NCBI RefSeq assembly: GCF_006345805.1
Contig: NC_042999.1
Span: 173,414,001-173,478,000 of the forward strand
Direction: 5' to 3'
Origin: Octopus sinensis
Taxonomy: Eukaryota
Length of the DNA stretch: 64,000 bases
Part shown: piece after piece, positions 1 to 13,991 of the stretch
How positions within the stretch are numbered: position 1 is the stretch's first letter
How the letters are laid out: each line of letters begins with the position of its first letter
Notes under the pieces: generated by a model
Database searches by the model: none
The model's input: only the letters and a program-made list of their open reading frames with translations
Told to the model about the DNA's origin: nothing
Translations under genes and position numbers: made by a program

Positions 1-1233
1 TGAGAACAGATCAACTTGTTCGTCACCTTTCTTAACTTTTCCAACTCTACCTCCTCGTGTATCACGTATGACGTTTTTCAAGACATCTGTCTCTCTGTCG
101 ATTATTTGGTAGAAATATCTTGATTGCAGTATCCACTACTCTTGGTTCCAACATAGCTACAGCATCCGTAACCCTCCGCATCCATAAAAATTCACTTTGG
201 AGGAAAGAATGACTCAGCTTACTACACAATAAAAACTCTGTCTCGTATCGTCGACGCTACCTGCAAAAGCACTCATCTCTGCGTTCCACGTATCTCTAGG
301 GTTTGATCCTTGAACAATCGTTTTCTCTTCCTCTAATCTACCACCGCATTATTAAATCTGTCCAGCGTGCCATAATATCACAATTCCCATTTCTGAAGCG
401 TGATCCAGCTACTTCCGACCTCCTTACATAGAACTGTAATCTGATGTGACACTCTCGACCACAACACATCATCTACTCAACACAGCCAACACGGGTCTTC
501 AGTAGTCTCATTTTCACTACTTCACCCGTCCGTTCCTTTCAAAACTAATACTTTCATAATCGGACTTAGTACCTACATAGATCTCCAGAAACCTCATTTA
601 CTGCAATAAAATGCCAACTATGTTCAATGTTAAATGCATTCCAAGTTGGGTAGAAAATTTGTTAATATGTTGATCGTGTAATGTGGATATGTAACATTTA
701 TGACTCACGGATCACTCGTATCCTGTCATATATCTCTGCGCACACCCGTTTTTCGCTTCAGAGTGGATATCCCATCTTTCGAATGGAGGTGTGTAACAGA
801 CTTTCTACCAGCACCGAAAAATTCAACTTCATGTATTAAATCATTGAATCAATTTTTATAGCTATCTGGATTCATATGACTATATACACAGTGGGCCTCT
901 ATTCAATAAATGCACAGAAGCACACACAAAAATTTCAATATATCTACAGAAACACCTGAACATTGCATACACATAGTACATACACCTACGCTTATTCGAT
1001 ATGCTTATACACATATAGCAATGCACACGCGAGCGAACACACACACACACACACATATGTTGCAAACATGTGCACACATATCGCTGCACACACACATACA
1101 CACACATACCATTAAGCCCCAGCTCCCTCCACTGACGCTCGTCCATTCACTTGACATTCAACGATATTCATCTCCTAAACCGTAATTCACTATCCACAAG
1201 CACTTAGGAATTATACCATAAGAAAACATATAT

Positions 1234-1279
<46 letters not shown>

Positions 1280-1559
1280 TAGATACCAGAGCAGGTAAAC
1301 GCGCACCTATCATATGCACGTACATCATGACACACAAGAGGTTGCACGCTTATTATGTTTTGTAATGTTCACTCTTTTAACCTTAAAACCTATTTCATAC
1401 ATTCTTTACAAAACAGCAAAGACAACTCGCTCTAAAAGTAATAGTATTTTCTATTGGTATTGTTTCAGATGACGTCATTCTTAGTAACGTGACAGATTTT
1501 GTACACAGTACGGCCGACTGACAATAGTATCAATACTGATAATATAATGTGTACTCTGA

Positions 1560-2260
1560 GAATAAAGTCACCTTTTCGAAGTTAGATGTAGCATTAAAAT
1601 AGAAAGTGTCTCTTTAGCCTTGCTGTAGAAATTCTTGAGACTAAAATTCAAGAAGCATTGTGTAGTAGTGAGATGTTGGAAACATAAGTAGAGATGTTGG
1701 AAATATAAATGGAATAACAGAAAAGAAGATAGTGAAATTAAGACACAGGGACGAGGTGCAGAAGATTACAGTTAATTAAAGACAAAACAAGGCAAACAAA
1801 ATATTAAAGCCGTATCAGGTTAAAAGAAATAGATACCAATAATGAGTAAACCAATATCAGTAGAACTAGCTCTTCAGAAACAATAAAAGTAGAGTTTAGG
1901 AGCAGATGAGCAATGAGAATGAACATCAAATGCTGAAGTAGCAAGGATTTTTGGTCAGATATTTGAAGCAAAGACCTTCAAAATAACAGGGAATCTGAAT
2001 GGTTGCAGAAGTTTATCAGTGAAACAAGAAAATAAAGATTCCACATATAAAATATTGAAAAAGATTCTTCAGAGAATACCAAGTGTGAAAGCCAGCGACC
2101 AGATGGTGGAACCCCAACATGTATGACAAAAAGAAGGACAGTGCTAATATAGAAGGATAAAGAGAATCGGTGGTGGGGGTTTAAATCAGTAATTATAGAC
2201 TTATAACATTCATAGCTTTTCTCCGGAAATAAAGTGGGCGTATAGCCAGAGGAGCAAACG
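1560..2260 (+). mobile_element. Decayed R4/Dong-like (RLE-clade) non-LTR retrotransposon fragment, N-terminal part of the RT region
   Basis: Stop-ridden translation gives KRNRYQ**VNQYQ*N*LFRNNKSR (~1820-1895), FWSDI*SKDLQNNRESEWLQ (~1950-2010), PTCMTKRRTVLI*KDKE (~2115-2165) and SNYRLIT (~2188). These match the R4/Dong pattern FWSxIW...WL, PxWxTxGRTVLIxKD, SNYRPITCL. Confidence 0.7.
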
Positions 2261-2654
2261 TAATGCAAGGACAAGCCAAGAGAAAACCGATGATCTGTGA
2301 TATAACAATCGAATGATTTTTATAAGTAGCATAAGAATGAGAAAGAATTTGTCAAAATATGCTTCCCTCTCCTCTTTATGTATGCTGCAAATCTTAATAT
2401 TACTTCATATGGCGCATAACCATTGTTTGAAATTTTGACAAAGACAGGGATTTTAGAGTGAAAAGTTCATCGATCACATCAAGCCTAACACTTTAGTGGT
2501 ACTATGTTTTATTCACCCCAAGGGGAGGAAAGGAGGTTTTGACCACAGCGATTATTTAATTTAGACTGCAATGAGCCAGAAGAAATTCTACTAAGCGTTT
2601 TGTTCAACGCACTAACGAGTCAGCCGCCGCTTCAACTTATGCGGTGTTAAAAAA

Positions 2655-2842
2655 ACCCATTCCCCAAAGGCACAAGGTCTGAAATTTTGTGGGAGAGTCT
2701 TTCACTGGTTCTTAATTTATCGACCCCGAAAGGATGAAAGACAAAGTCGACCTCAGTGGAATTTGAACTCAGAACACGGAGACAGACGAAATGCCGCTAA
2801 ACATTTTGCCCGACGAGGTAACGATTCTGCCAGCCGCCTTAT
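2655..2842 (-). mobile_element. tRNA-derived SINE family A copy; an older copy lies at ~2430-2640
   Basis: Reverse complement shows the head TAAGGCGG..CTGGCAGAATCGTTA, B-box GAGTTCAAATTCC and core GTCGACTTTGTCTTTCATCCTTTCGGGGTCGATAAATTAAG, shared with 49464-49896 and 57213-57432. Confidence 0.8.
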
Positions 2843-3453
2843 GACGTGTATAATAATAACAATAAGAACTGTATGTTGAAATGAGTAAAAGATAATAATA
2901 GAAGAAGCTATATTCCCTCATTATCAGAAACAAATAAACACCTAATGGAGTTTATGTTATTGACGGTAAACCAGTAAATATATTGCCACCATATTCAGTT
3001 CCTCAATATTCATCCTATTTTATGGCTGTATACATGAGCTTGTATCTGTGTGTATGCATGGGTGTGAGTGATGGATTATCTAGCAGGTCGATAAGCTGAA
3101 TAATTTCATGAATGAGCATGCCAAATGGCAGAGTACCCCGCATTCTCCTGTACGGGCAATATAGTTTGAAGTATAATAAATGTGACACCGAGTGACAAGG
3201 GTAGATATTTGAATTACTGTTACAGTCCGCGTGGCATGTTTTTGCGGTGCTTCTCTCCACAAAGTATAACTGAAAGGCGTGTAGTATCCTGAGGTACATG
3301 CATTCGGTCAAAATGCCTCACGGTGAAATACTTGTGTGTGTGTGTGTGACTTTGTCACCTCTACCGGTGCTGGTGCGTTTACGTCCACGTAATTTCGCTC
3401 GCAGTTCGGCAAAGGAAACCCACAGAATGAGTAAGTACAGGGGTATTTTGACC

Positions 3454-3495
<42 letters not shown>

Positions 3496-3498
<3 letters not shown>

Positions 3499-3785
3499 TT
3501 GTATATATATTAACTAATGAGCGTAGAAAAAATGCTGTCAATCAATTATCATCAATTTAAACAAGTGGTCTAGCATACTTTAAAAAAATCCGAAGATTTA
3601 TAAATTATATTACAATTAATATGAGGAATGACTACTATAGTGGATTCATAATATGCTAAAGATTGCCGTCAAATCGCATTACTGAGATTGTTCCTGAGAA
3701 CAAACTCTTCGTGGTAAGGCGATTTGTTGTCTAACTTTAGCATTTTAGGAATCCAGTTTAGTGGTCATTCTCTTATTAATTCTGT
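3496..3785. mobile_element. Old fold-back element between (TA)n tracts
   Basis: Imperfect inverted repeat 3614-3682 / 3714-3781, flanked by (TA)n at ~3456-3495 and ~3786-3808. The left end resembles that of the element at 58041. Confidence 0.6.
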
Positions 3786-3829
3786 GTATATATATATATA
3801 TATATATAACTATGTACGTGTGCATACAC

Positions 3830-4255
3830 GTACATCTGCAGGTACTCTATCCAGATCACAAGTTCAGGTTTATAAATGTAATTATTGGGGCCCTGGGATA
3901 TGTAACACACGGCCTAAATACCAATCTTGTGAAATTAGCTTTCTCAAAACCAGAAAGGAGAAAGCTAATTCGAAGACTGCAGATCCAATCCATCACTGGA
4001 ACTATAAAAATCTGTAAAGCTTTCCAGAAGTTTATTATTTAAATATATGTGTGAGCATGTTTAGATACGCAAATATATGCATGAGAATACATTCATAAAG
4101 CAAAAGATACAAATCTTCACATATACATACATACATACATACAAAAACACCCTGTTGTTGATGTTGAAATTCCGATTAAGGACCCTTGAAGCTAGGTTAG
4201 AAACTGGCTCTTTCTGTATTGGCAAGAAATCTTGAAATAAAACGGAACAATGATA
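3830..4255 (+). mobile_element. 3' end (RLE C-terminus plus 3' UTR) of an R4/Dong-like non-LTR element
   Basis: ORF 3761-4042 ends YPDHKFRFINVIIGALGYV...LQIQSITGTIKICKAFQKFII*, the typical RLE C-terminal IIGALG motif. The 3' UTR (~4145-4255) recurs inverted at ~48752-48865. Confidence 0.7.
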
Positions 4256-4264
4256 TATATATGC

Positions 4265-4296
<32 letters not shown>

Positions 4297-4305
4297 TATA
4301 TATAG

Positions 4306-4338
<33 letters not shown>

Positions 4339-4398
4339 CGTAAATTATGTATATAGTTATATATACTCAGTATAGGTATATCTATGTATATATGTATG

Positions 4399-4438
<40 letters not shown>

Positions 4439-7400
4439 CCATACTTACGCACATATATATGTGTGTGTGTGTGTCAGTGTGTGTATGCATGTGTGTGTGT
4501 GTTTGTGTATATAAGCATAAATGTAGATATATTCAGCAGTATATTGGTGGAATTGTTTTATTATTTATTGCATGCAACAGGAAACTGAATTTACTATGGA
4601 AAATATAGTGTTAGACAAGTCTATTTTTCACTGGGAATATATGTTCGCTGTCTGAATAGGAATCGTCTAGTATAAATAACTTAATCATACTTTCATATGA
4701 ACTCAATACAAGATAATAGTTTGTTTCCGCTAATGCAAGAATATATTTATATTTATGATGAAACCTGATCTATTCTACGTTAATCATATAAAATCTATAT
4801 CATTTTATAAACTTGAGGTTCTTAGCAACACTTTTGTTATATCTTATTTCAAATATATCGGCCGCGATACTAATTTTTTTTCTAATTCATTTATAAACTG
4901 CCGTGAGAAAAGAGAGGGCAGCACTAATATTGATTTTTATAAATACTAACATAATTATGTATCGATAATTGTTTTAGTTATATTCTCATTTGTTTTGTTT
5001 TTCGCTTGTTTTCTTATATATACTTTCATATATAATGAGATGCTATATAGCCTCAACTTAAAGGGAATGAGGGAAAATTATAAGTACATAAGCATTGCAC
5101 ATGGCAATCGAAAAATCTTTATTGTCCATGCAATAACGGTATCTATCTCATCTCACTACAACCTAAGTGTCGTAACTCGAAGTTAAAGTAGTCAACACCA
5201 TAGCAAAAAAGTTAAGAGCAGCTAAGATTTTTTACAACGCTCTCTGTAGGCTAATAAATATAGAATTTCACCTTGACATATCTACTAACAAATGTTACTC
5301 ATCTCAAGGAAATCAGTGACTTATATAATCACAGCAAATATTATGACTTTCCGAAAACACATATTGTTTAGAAAAATATTGGAAGAGAATATTGAAGCCT
5401 CTAACTATATTGCAATTTTCTGTACACGTTGCTAGATAAATTTTCTTCATATCTCTTACTTTCAGAGATCTATATAGGAGAAAAGGCAAAACTCAGACTG
5501 TTCAATTTTATTAACAGTCTGGATGTTGTTTTTTTCTCTCTTCCTTAACTTGATCCTTTCTTGTGTGAAATGAATTCAACCATGTTTTCTCCCAAGAGCA
5601 ACGGACCAGCTCTGCCATTTTTTATAGAAATTGAAAGCAAATACCCATTCCTTTCAAGGAAACTCGTATTACTCAGTCTAATGAAGATAATATTAAAACA
5701 TAACGTAAATATATTCTCTGGGTCACGTGAAAATTCTGTAAGCCTTTTATGTGCTTTCGGTATAATCATCCAAAGTAAAAAGTTTACAGCGGAAATGTAA
5801 GGATATTTTTCAGTTATAAATAAATGTATGAATTTGTGTCGTAAATAAATATAGTAATAACGTTTTACATTTTAATACTCTCTGAAATGATAATAAATTC
5901 TACTAGGAGTTAAAGAAATTATATATTTCTTTGCAGATCTAGAGAAACATAAAAAAAAAATTATGGAAAATATATTATATTATGCGTAGATATTTCTTTC
6001 TCAAAAACCAAATACCTTAAAGTAATAAATATCATTTAACGAAAAAGGAATATAATTGCTCATAACCAAAAAGATTCTTTTTAGACAGCCGAGAAATATA
6101 ATCTCTCACAGAAATATATTTTATCTAATGTATTAATGCATACATAAATATGACGTCTTTGTGGAATAAAATATTATACATGTGATTTTGAATAGTTGAG
6201 AATGCATTTGCTCATATTCACACCAGTAGCACTAGTGAGTTTAATATCTTTAACTCATAAATTGTATGAATGTGTGTATGTGTGTGTGCGCGCGCACGCG
6301 GAGAAGATATAGTGCTCTGTCTATACTACCAAATCATATTAAGTAATGTAAAAAGATTTGTGTCTATTCCCTTATATTCTATCATTGTATTAGAAAGAGA
6401 TTTTACACATTATTTTCTTCCCTTTCTCTTATTTATTTATTCATTTGATTTGAAGTGCCCTTAATCTTGATAACCCGAAGGAGACCAGATTGAGATTAAA
6501 ATTTTATCCCTTGTTAATAAATTGCGTCTAACTTGTAATATCTACAGATATTGGCTACACGTTCTAGCTCAATATAAACTGACTAGTTCTCATCACACTG
6601 CACGAGGGCTATTAATGGCTGCAGGACATTTTCATTGTTTTCTTTTTTGTAATCAATATAGATTACTCCATAAACTGATAACTATATTTACATGTTCTGG
6701 CTTCAAATAATGACACCGAAATATGATATTCGCTCTTATTATACGAACCTCCATAAACGCAAGAAAAACATATTGTGAAAATAGAAACGCGTTTTTGTAT
6801 CAAAATCAAGTAACGAGATACAACAACTAATAACGAGAATTTCAAAGTGAAAATATGCATGTGGCTTCAACATTATATACAGAAAAAACATTGCAAATCT
6901 TTCATGCTTCACGCAAGCCATTAACAATATAATCCTTGAATAAAGAATGGAACAGCATTTTAGTAATGCTTGTGAAAGAGTAATTGATTTTTCGTCCCAC
7001 AAAATATCACTTCATATGACAAATGAAAAACAAGGACAAGCATCTTTACAAATTATTGTTAACCTGAGCAGTCAAGGATCCTTTGATATCATTATTTTTT
7101 TTCTATTCATAAAGCAGAAATCTATTATTCTTATAAGATGATTATTTTGATAAAGACGATCATATTTAGTATGTGTTTTAACATGTGGTTACATGATTCT
7201 GAGGAAAAAATGATAATGAAGAAATATTAATAATAATTGTGATAATCTTTTATTTATATACCACAAGGATAACAAAGGCATGCATACATTGCAATAAAAT
7301 ACAAAACTGTTTATTTTTTCAATAAAGAACGTTATCACAAGAATAAACATTCATGAGATATACATAAACATATGAATATAAAACACGATGTTTCACAAGT

Positions 7401-7452
7401 TTGAAGATTAAACAGATTCACATACATATTACCGCATAATACATATACATAT

Positions 7453-7494
<42 letters not shown>

Positions 7495-7532
7495 TATAGA
7501 TATATATATATATATATTATATATACATATAC

Positions 7533-7648
<116 letters not shown>

Positions 7649-8559
7649 CATATATATGAGTGTGTGTGTGTGTGTTTATGCATATGTTTGTATATATGTA
7701 TAAAAGAAGGTAGGTAGGAAGGTAGGTCGGTAGTTATGTAATTTATGCATGTATGTATGTGTGTACATCTAAGAGAAACAGAACGGGTAGCGAATTGGCA
7801 CAGACGTTAAAACATGACATATAGTTCCTTACTGCATTTGCTCGGAGTTTCTGGAATTTGAGATCAAATACCATCGAGGTCAGTATTACTTTCATTATTT
7901 CGAGGACAACAAATAAAATACAAATCTAGAGAAATGAATTTAGTGAAACTGATACAGCGTCAGATAAGATAGATTGAGGCATCTGTTTCGGATTATGTGT
8001 TCTGTGTTCGAATCCTCTACCGTACTGGAGCAACGCCTGTATTAACATCATTAGAACCGTAGAAATCTAATGCAATGCGTAAAACAGCAAAAAAGGAAGA
8101 GCTTCAACGAACTAACAAGCTGTGATCTGATTTTATACAATGACATGCATCCGGTCAGGGTGGCAGGATTTTTACAAAAAACCATACAGATACAAAAATA
8201 CACACAACACATACACACATACACACACACACACCACACACACACACACACGCACGCACGCACGCACATACACAAACACGCACGCACACACATTCATGAA
8301 ATGCCACGCTGGATTTCTCATTGATTTCTCTATTTATTGATTTCCAAATTAAACTCAAATCAATAGAAAATAAATTTTATGCTGTGAACTACATGTTGCG
8401 CAAAGACTTTCAGCAGCGTAATGCTTCTGCCATGTAGGTATTCCTATATGCATTCGTAAAACATAGACAGAAATAAAAAAAAAAAGATATTCATACATTT
8501 ATACATGCATATACATACATATCTGTCTGGGTGTATGCATAAATATGCATGTATATATA

Positions 8560-8601
<42 letters not shown>

Positions 8602-8632
8602 ATATGTATATATATATATATATGTGTATATG

Positions 8633-8675
<43 letters not shown>

Positions 8676-8949
8676 TATATATATATTTAACAATTAAGGA
8701 TAACTTCTTAATAAGGAATCTTAACAAGAAATTATCAGGTAGTTAGCGTGAAAAACCTTATAAGAGAAAAATTCGAAAATAATTTTTTCTTTAGAACATA
8801 TTAATTTATATTGTATAGAGGGCATTATTACACATAAATGCCTCACACTTAGAGGGACATAAGTCATTACTACCAAAATTTCACTAATCGTACCTAATAA
8901 ATATATATAAATGTATGTATCTATTTATGTATGTATATAACATAAAGAA

Positions 8950-10125
8950 TGTGGCTGGACTCATTTTAAAACCAAAGGTAATCAATTTACAGCCATTAAA
9001 AGTGACCAATGGTACCGTGACCACCAGCATTGCCAGAAACAGGAGTCAAAGTCTCCTTAGCCACAAAAAGTCACATGTTCTATTTGAACTGACAGGGAAG
9101 ACAACACACCCCACGGCAAGCGAGCTGCATTAGATTAGCATGCTGATTTCGTATAACAGATTAATACTCATCACTAATGCTTACTCCAGTACGGGAGATT
9201 AAATTCACGCCTTTCAGTATTATAAAAATTACCATAGAAATCAGTGATTGATTCAACAAAATGGTAATGTGCTAATTATGAAATACTAAAGGTGCTGGAC
9301 GCAATTTAAAACCAAAAACTGAGTAGGGAACCCCAACTACCAGTCTCGACTTGGAAAACTCATAGCTGCCAAACGTTCCCCTTGCAATCGTGCCGAAGGC
9401 TCCCGTGCTTAGCATGCTTCAATTCGTGAACTGATTTCACACTTCTTGTGGGTTTAATCAAGGTCATTTCTTGTTCTTTACAGACCACAGAGCCACATCT
9501 GGTCTCAGGATTTTATGGACGACCTGTGTAAACTGCAGCCTCTCTCCCCCATGTCCATTTTAACATCTTAATTGGGGTCCACGCAGCAAACTATGTGTTT
9601 TTCTGCTGCAATTACTGGTCTCTCGCCACTTTTCACGAACATAATTGCTGCTGTTGCTTCCCTCTGATGATGTTTCTTGAGCCTTTCGTGCTCCAGGGCG
9701 TGAGCGAGTGTAGCAAGCATCCTGTCATGGTGCTACTTGTATCATCCGTGAGGGAGCGCTATTCTGCGCCCTGGCAAGATGTGTGCTAGCGTGCTCCTTT
9801 CTCCACAATGTCTACACAGATGTTCGTCTCGCAAAGCCCATCTATGCAGGTTTGTTGGCGTTGAGAGTGTGTCATATACCGCCCGCAGCAAGAAGGAAAT
9901 ACAGAAAAGTTCCAGTCTCCACAGGTCTTTCCATGTGATCTTCCTCTTAAGGAGGTCCCATTTAGTTCAGGCACCCTGAGATACCAGCTCGACAGCTCTT
10001 GAATTTATTCTTTGTCCCTCCTGATTCTGCACTTCTGCCTGGGTCTTGGACCTCTCCTGCTTCATGTTTGCCTGTTTCCATTGTTGTAAGTGGTAAGAAC
10101 CGAGACTCTGGCGACTTCTGCACGT
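8950..10125 (-). mobile_element. Decayed HERO-clade (RLE) non-LTR retrotransposon, zinc knuckle and endonuclease region
   Basis: Minus translation: RAVELVSQGA*TKWDLLKRKITWKDLWRLELFCISFLLRAVYDTLSTPTNLHRWALRDEHLCRHCGERSTLAHILPGRRIALPHG*YK*HHDRMLATLAHALEHER, then LRPDVALWS and terminal FLWLRR. This is the CCHC, RHD and PD..E order typical of HERO elements. Confidence 0.8.
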
Positions 10126-10164
10126 AACTGCATATATTATATATATATATATATACATATATAC

Positions 10165-10470
10165 ACATGAGGGCACATTGTCTAGAATTCCGAGTGATGC
10201 ATTCACGATCTCAAGATCCTGGTTTCAGTCCCTGGCCCAGGTGGTGCATTCTGTTCTTGAACAAAACACTTCATCCCACGTTGCTCTGTGATGACGTCGA
10301 CACCTGACATGTAGTTCACTGTGCACCTATTCAGGCAACGTCGATTAGATGGAGTTAGTGATCTAATGTAAAGCACATTTGATCAATATACAAAAATAAT
10401 TTGAGCAGTTCTTTCAAGAACAACTGAACTACAGATCACTCATACATCGTCTTCGACTATAGGTTCCATT
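10165..10470 (+). mobile_element. Old tRNA-derived SINE with a family C-type central module
   Basis: B-box-like GGTTTCAGTCCC followed by GTTCTTGAACAAAACACTTCATCCCACGTTGCTC, a diverged version of the GTCCTTGAGCAAGACACTTTATTTCACGTTGCTC module in the family C copies. Confidence 0.55.
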
Positions 10471-12734
10471 TTATATGCATATATGTGTGTGTCTATATTT
10501 ATTGGGCTCTGGCAGTACCCTTAGCGGCATTTTGACCGCTTGTATGTTCCGAGTTGAAAATTCCGCTGAGGTCGACTTCACCTTCCATCCCTTTCGGTAA
10601 AATGACTACCAGTTCAGTACTCAGGTCGATTTATCCAATCCCTTGAAATTGCTGGAAATATTTTAATATTTTGAATTGTCATGCGCACCTCAATTGCCTT
10701 GCGGTGCACAGATGGTTTCCCCTATCAAATGGCTATGTTTTTTCACATATTACATAAGATAAAATCGAGGGTGTAATGGCGGACGAAAAGTCCAGTATAT
10801 AGAATGCTAGAAAGTGATGAACATATATCGCAACAATAACTGTCTCCGATATATAGGCATTTATCGAGAACGTTTTCCTTTTTAAATAAATATGTTTTAA
10901 TCAATAAATACGAACGGAAACTTAAAAGCAAAGTTGTACGTAATTTAATCAGCAGTTTCGCACGTAGCAGGTATTAAACTTTTGATAGTCTTATGCACTA
11001 AACTTTAGCCTTTCAGTCACGTCTTTGAAAGTGACTGATAAAGATATAATATGAAGCAGTGCATCTTCGATTCGATTGAAGTGTGTGCTTTAATAAGCCA
11101 CAATAATGGCGAAACATCGGTGCCCACCACTCTTGGATTCGATCCGAGATGAGTTGTTACATCTAGTCTATAATTTGCCTGTGTTTTAACAGTCAGAGGT
11201 ATTAGAGAGTATCCCTAAATATAATCCTGCAGCAAATATGGTGTATGAACAAGACACAGATATTTTGCATAAGCGATTCGATTGATTGTGTGTGTGTGTG
11301 TATGTGTGTGTGTGTGTGTGTGCGCGATGTGTGCATGAATTTTTGGGACTATGAAATAAACGTTAGGCTTCAATGTCCCCATTTTTTTCGGATGTTACTA
11401 ACTTGTAGGATATTTCCGTGATATTTCTAACAGATCAAACAACCGCTGTTATTTTTAATCGAGAGGATCAGAAAATTACAACACTGCCTATGGGATAACG
11501 CCATACTGACACTGCAATCCACCAACTAAGAATGCAATGCCTGTGTATTAGAAAAGATCATGTTCACACAGCTGTCATACATTTCTTAAGTCATCTAAGA
11601 ATAACATCTATTTGATGCAACTTTTGTTGTATAGAAAAGAACTTGATCTTTCAGCTTTTTCTAAAATGTTATCTTCAGCATTATCATCACAATACCTAAG
11701 ACTTTTCTTGGACATTTTATCGCATCATTTAAAAAAAACATACCTAAATAGCTTTCTGTTATTCATTTCGCAGTAGATGTTGATGATTGTCTCAGTAGAC
11801 TACTGTAAAATAAACAGTCATTTACTCTTAGATGATTTAGAAAGTCAAGTGACAGTAGATCAGTTGGAAAATGCCTTGTGTTATCAGGTTACATTTCTTT
11901 AGATTCTGGTTTCAAATTCTGCCGAGTTCTTATTTACCTTAAATAGTCGACTTTTAGATATAACAACCATATCATCCAGAAATAACATTCACCGCCATCT
12001 CAAAATAATTAAAAGCGATATTGGATGCCGTAGATGTAGAGACACAAGTTAAAACACTAATAACTGTGGGAAGGCTAGAATATTTTCCTGATTGATCTGC
12101 CGCAGATCTGAGCAGGCGAATGAAACAGAAGCAAAGCATTGGGGACAATTTAATTGACTACAGACTCGAAATGAATTTTCGTTGTATCTTTTCTATGATC
12201 CTTGCTCTGATAAAATTTGTGGTCTAGTAACAGCTGTCAAAATCTTTACATATGCCACCAGATTCTCTCCCCGGACGCATCGTTTCTGTTGAATTTCTGC
12301 TTAGTCATAAGTACTTTTATACTAACAGATTTTCTTCAAACTGTTAAATTATGGATTCCACCACCATAGTGTTTTTGTTTTGAATTTTTTTAACCCTGAT
12401 CTATGATATTTAGTCGTTTTAGCATTCTGTCAATCAAGGACTCCTTTCTTTTCTTCCTTGTAGTCCCTTATTCCACAGTAGCCTCAACTCTTGTCCGGGA
12501 CAAAACCGTTTAAGAAAAGGCCTTCATACTTGTGGCCGACTTTATTATCTCTGTTTTAAACAGTTATTTACTTGCTTCTTGTTATTTTCTGATCGGTAAA
12601 TAATGAATTATTCAAATTTTGCGGGCATTTTAATTTATTGTTCCTTACCACAAAACTTATGGCCTTATGTTAATGTAAGAAAAAATATTAACATTACTTC
12701 CGAACATATTTAGTAAAACATTATCTAGAAAAGA

Positions 12735-12930
12735 TGAGGCAGCGAGCTGGCGTAATCGTCACAGTGCCGGACAAAATACCTAGCGTTCTGAGTTCAAGTT
12801 CCCTCGAGTTAAACGTTGCTTTCATTCTTTTGGGGTCCATAAAATAAGTACCAATTCAGTACTGTGGTCAATGATATTAACTTACCCACTTCCCCGAAAT
12901 TGCTGGCCTTCTATCAAAATTTGAAATGTT
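12735..12930 (+). mobile_element. SINE family A copy (diverged); further relics at ~7790-7930(+), 10520-10670(+), 33565-33740(-), 34390-34560(-), 50730-50870(-)
   Basis: GAGGCAGCGAGCTGGCGTAATCGTC...TTCTGAGTTCAAGTTCC...TTTCATTCTTTTGGGGTCCATAAAATAAGTACC. Confidence 0.7.
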
Positions 12931-13255
12931 TATATATTAGGATACACCGATTTTCGAAGCTCTAGGGCAAGACATTAACAATTGAAATAGCATACTAAAA
13001 CAAATATCAGGTTTCCATTTTTCGTTGTATAACCCTCTAACTTTTATACAACTCTGCGTGAACGAATCGTTAATGTTTAAAGACCTCACATTTGCACGGA
13101 TGTGTTACTAAGCATTCCAAGAGAAATAGTTTAATAGAGAAATAATTATTGAAAAGTTATCTAGAAACATAACTGCATTTAATATCTGACTACTACGAAA
13201 AAATGTATATCAGCAGTCAAATTATGATGTCTAGTGGAGGGGGAAGAATTAGATG

Positions 13256-13991
13256 TATGAGGTGCCTTGAAGAAGTTTTGATACTTTTCAGGAAAGACTT
13301 TTATTAATTTCAAAAAAGTAGAAAACTCTAATTTCCTTTAAATTTGGATCCTCTGACTGTAATGCGCTTTTTAGCGCTTCAGTTACTTTAAAAAAGGCCC
13401 CATGGAAGTATTCCAAACTGAAGGCGCTCAGGACCACTGTCATATCCTTCTTCATCCTTTTAATATTTTCAAAACTGAAGCCTGGGAAACAACCAAAAGT
13501 CAAAAAAAGGATAGAGCTGTGAACAGGCACATGGTACGGGTGCAGGTACCACCGACCCGAATAAAAGAGCTCTGGCCTCTTCCGATGATATTCTCTCCTT
13601 GAACTCCCTGAAACCGCCATTGCTGGACGTCTGGCTAGAGTGGGTGTAGATGATATATTTGCTATCGAAAAATGTTATCATCATGAGCTGTCCGGTGTAC
13701 TTGCTTTGCTCGGCTTTCTTGACTCTCTTGACTCTCTTGAATAGAAACCTTCCAAGTTGTCTTCCCGTCCAGACTGCAATCTGCAAACTAGTCAGCTGTG
13801 ACAAGCAGTTTTTCGTGGGCAATGTTCGAAGTTCTGTTACAATCGTCTCCTTCAGTATGGAATAAAAAAACGTTGGCAGGTCAGCTTATATCTGATGTAA
13901 AGTAATAATATACTAGAATTAGAATAATCTAGGGCATTAATAACTGCTTCTACTAAAAAAAACTCTCAAAACCTGTGGAATGCACCTCGTA
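13256..13991 (-). mobile_element. Internally deleted Tc1/mariner element with terminal inverted repeats
   Basis: TIRs TA-TGAGGTGCCTTGAAGAAGTTTTGA (13256) and TCAAAACCTGTGGAATGCACCTCG-TA (13991). Minus frames give LMMITFFDSKYIIYTH, KRPELFYSGRWYLH and DFWLFPRL, which are mariner DD34D-region motifs. Confidence 0.85.

Noticed and set aside
1-560. Possible RTE-like LINE relic on the minus strand
   Set aside because: Too decayed; no diagnostic motif could be read with confidence.
11080-11130. TTAATAA-GCCAcaataaTGGC-GAAAC hammerhead-like string
   Set aside because: G5 is lost and there is no valid NUH triplet; at best an uncallable relic.
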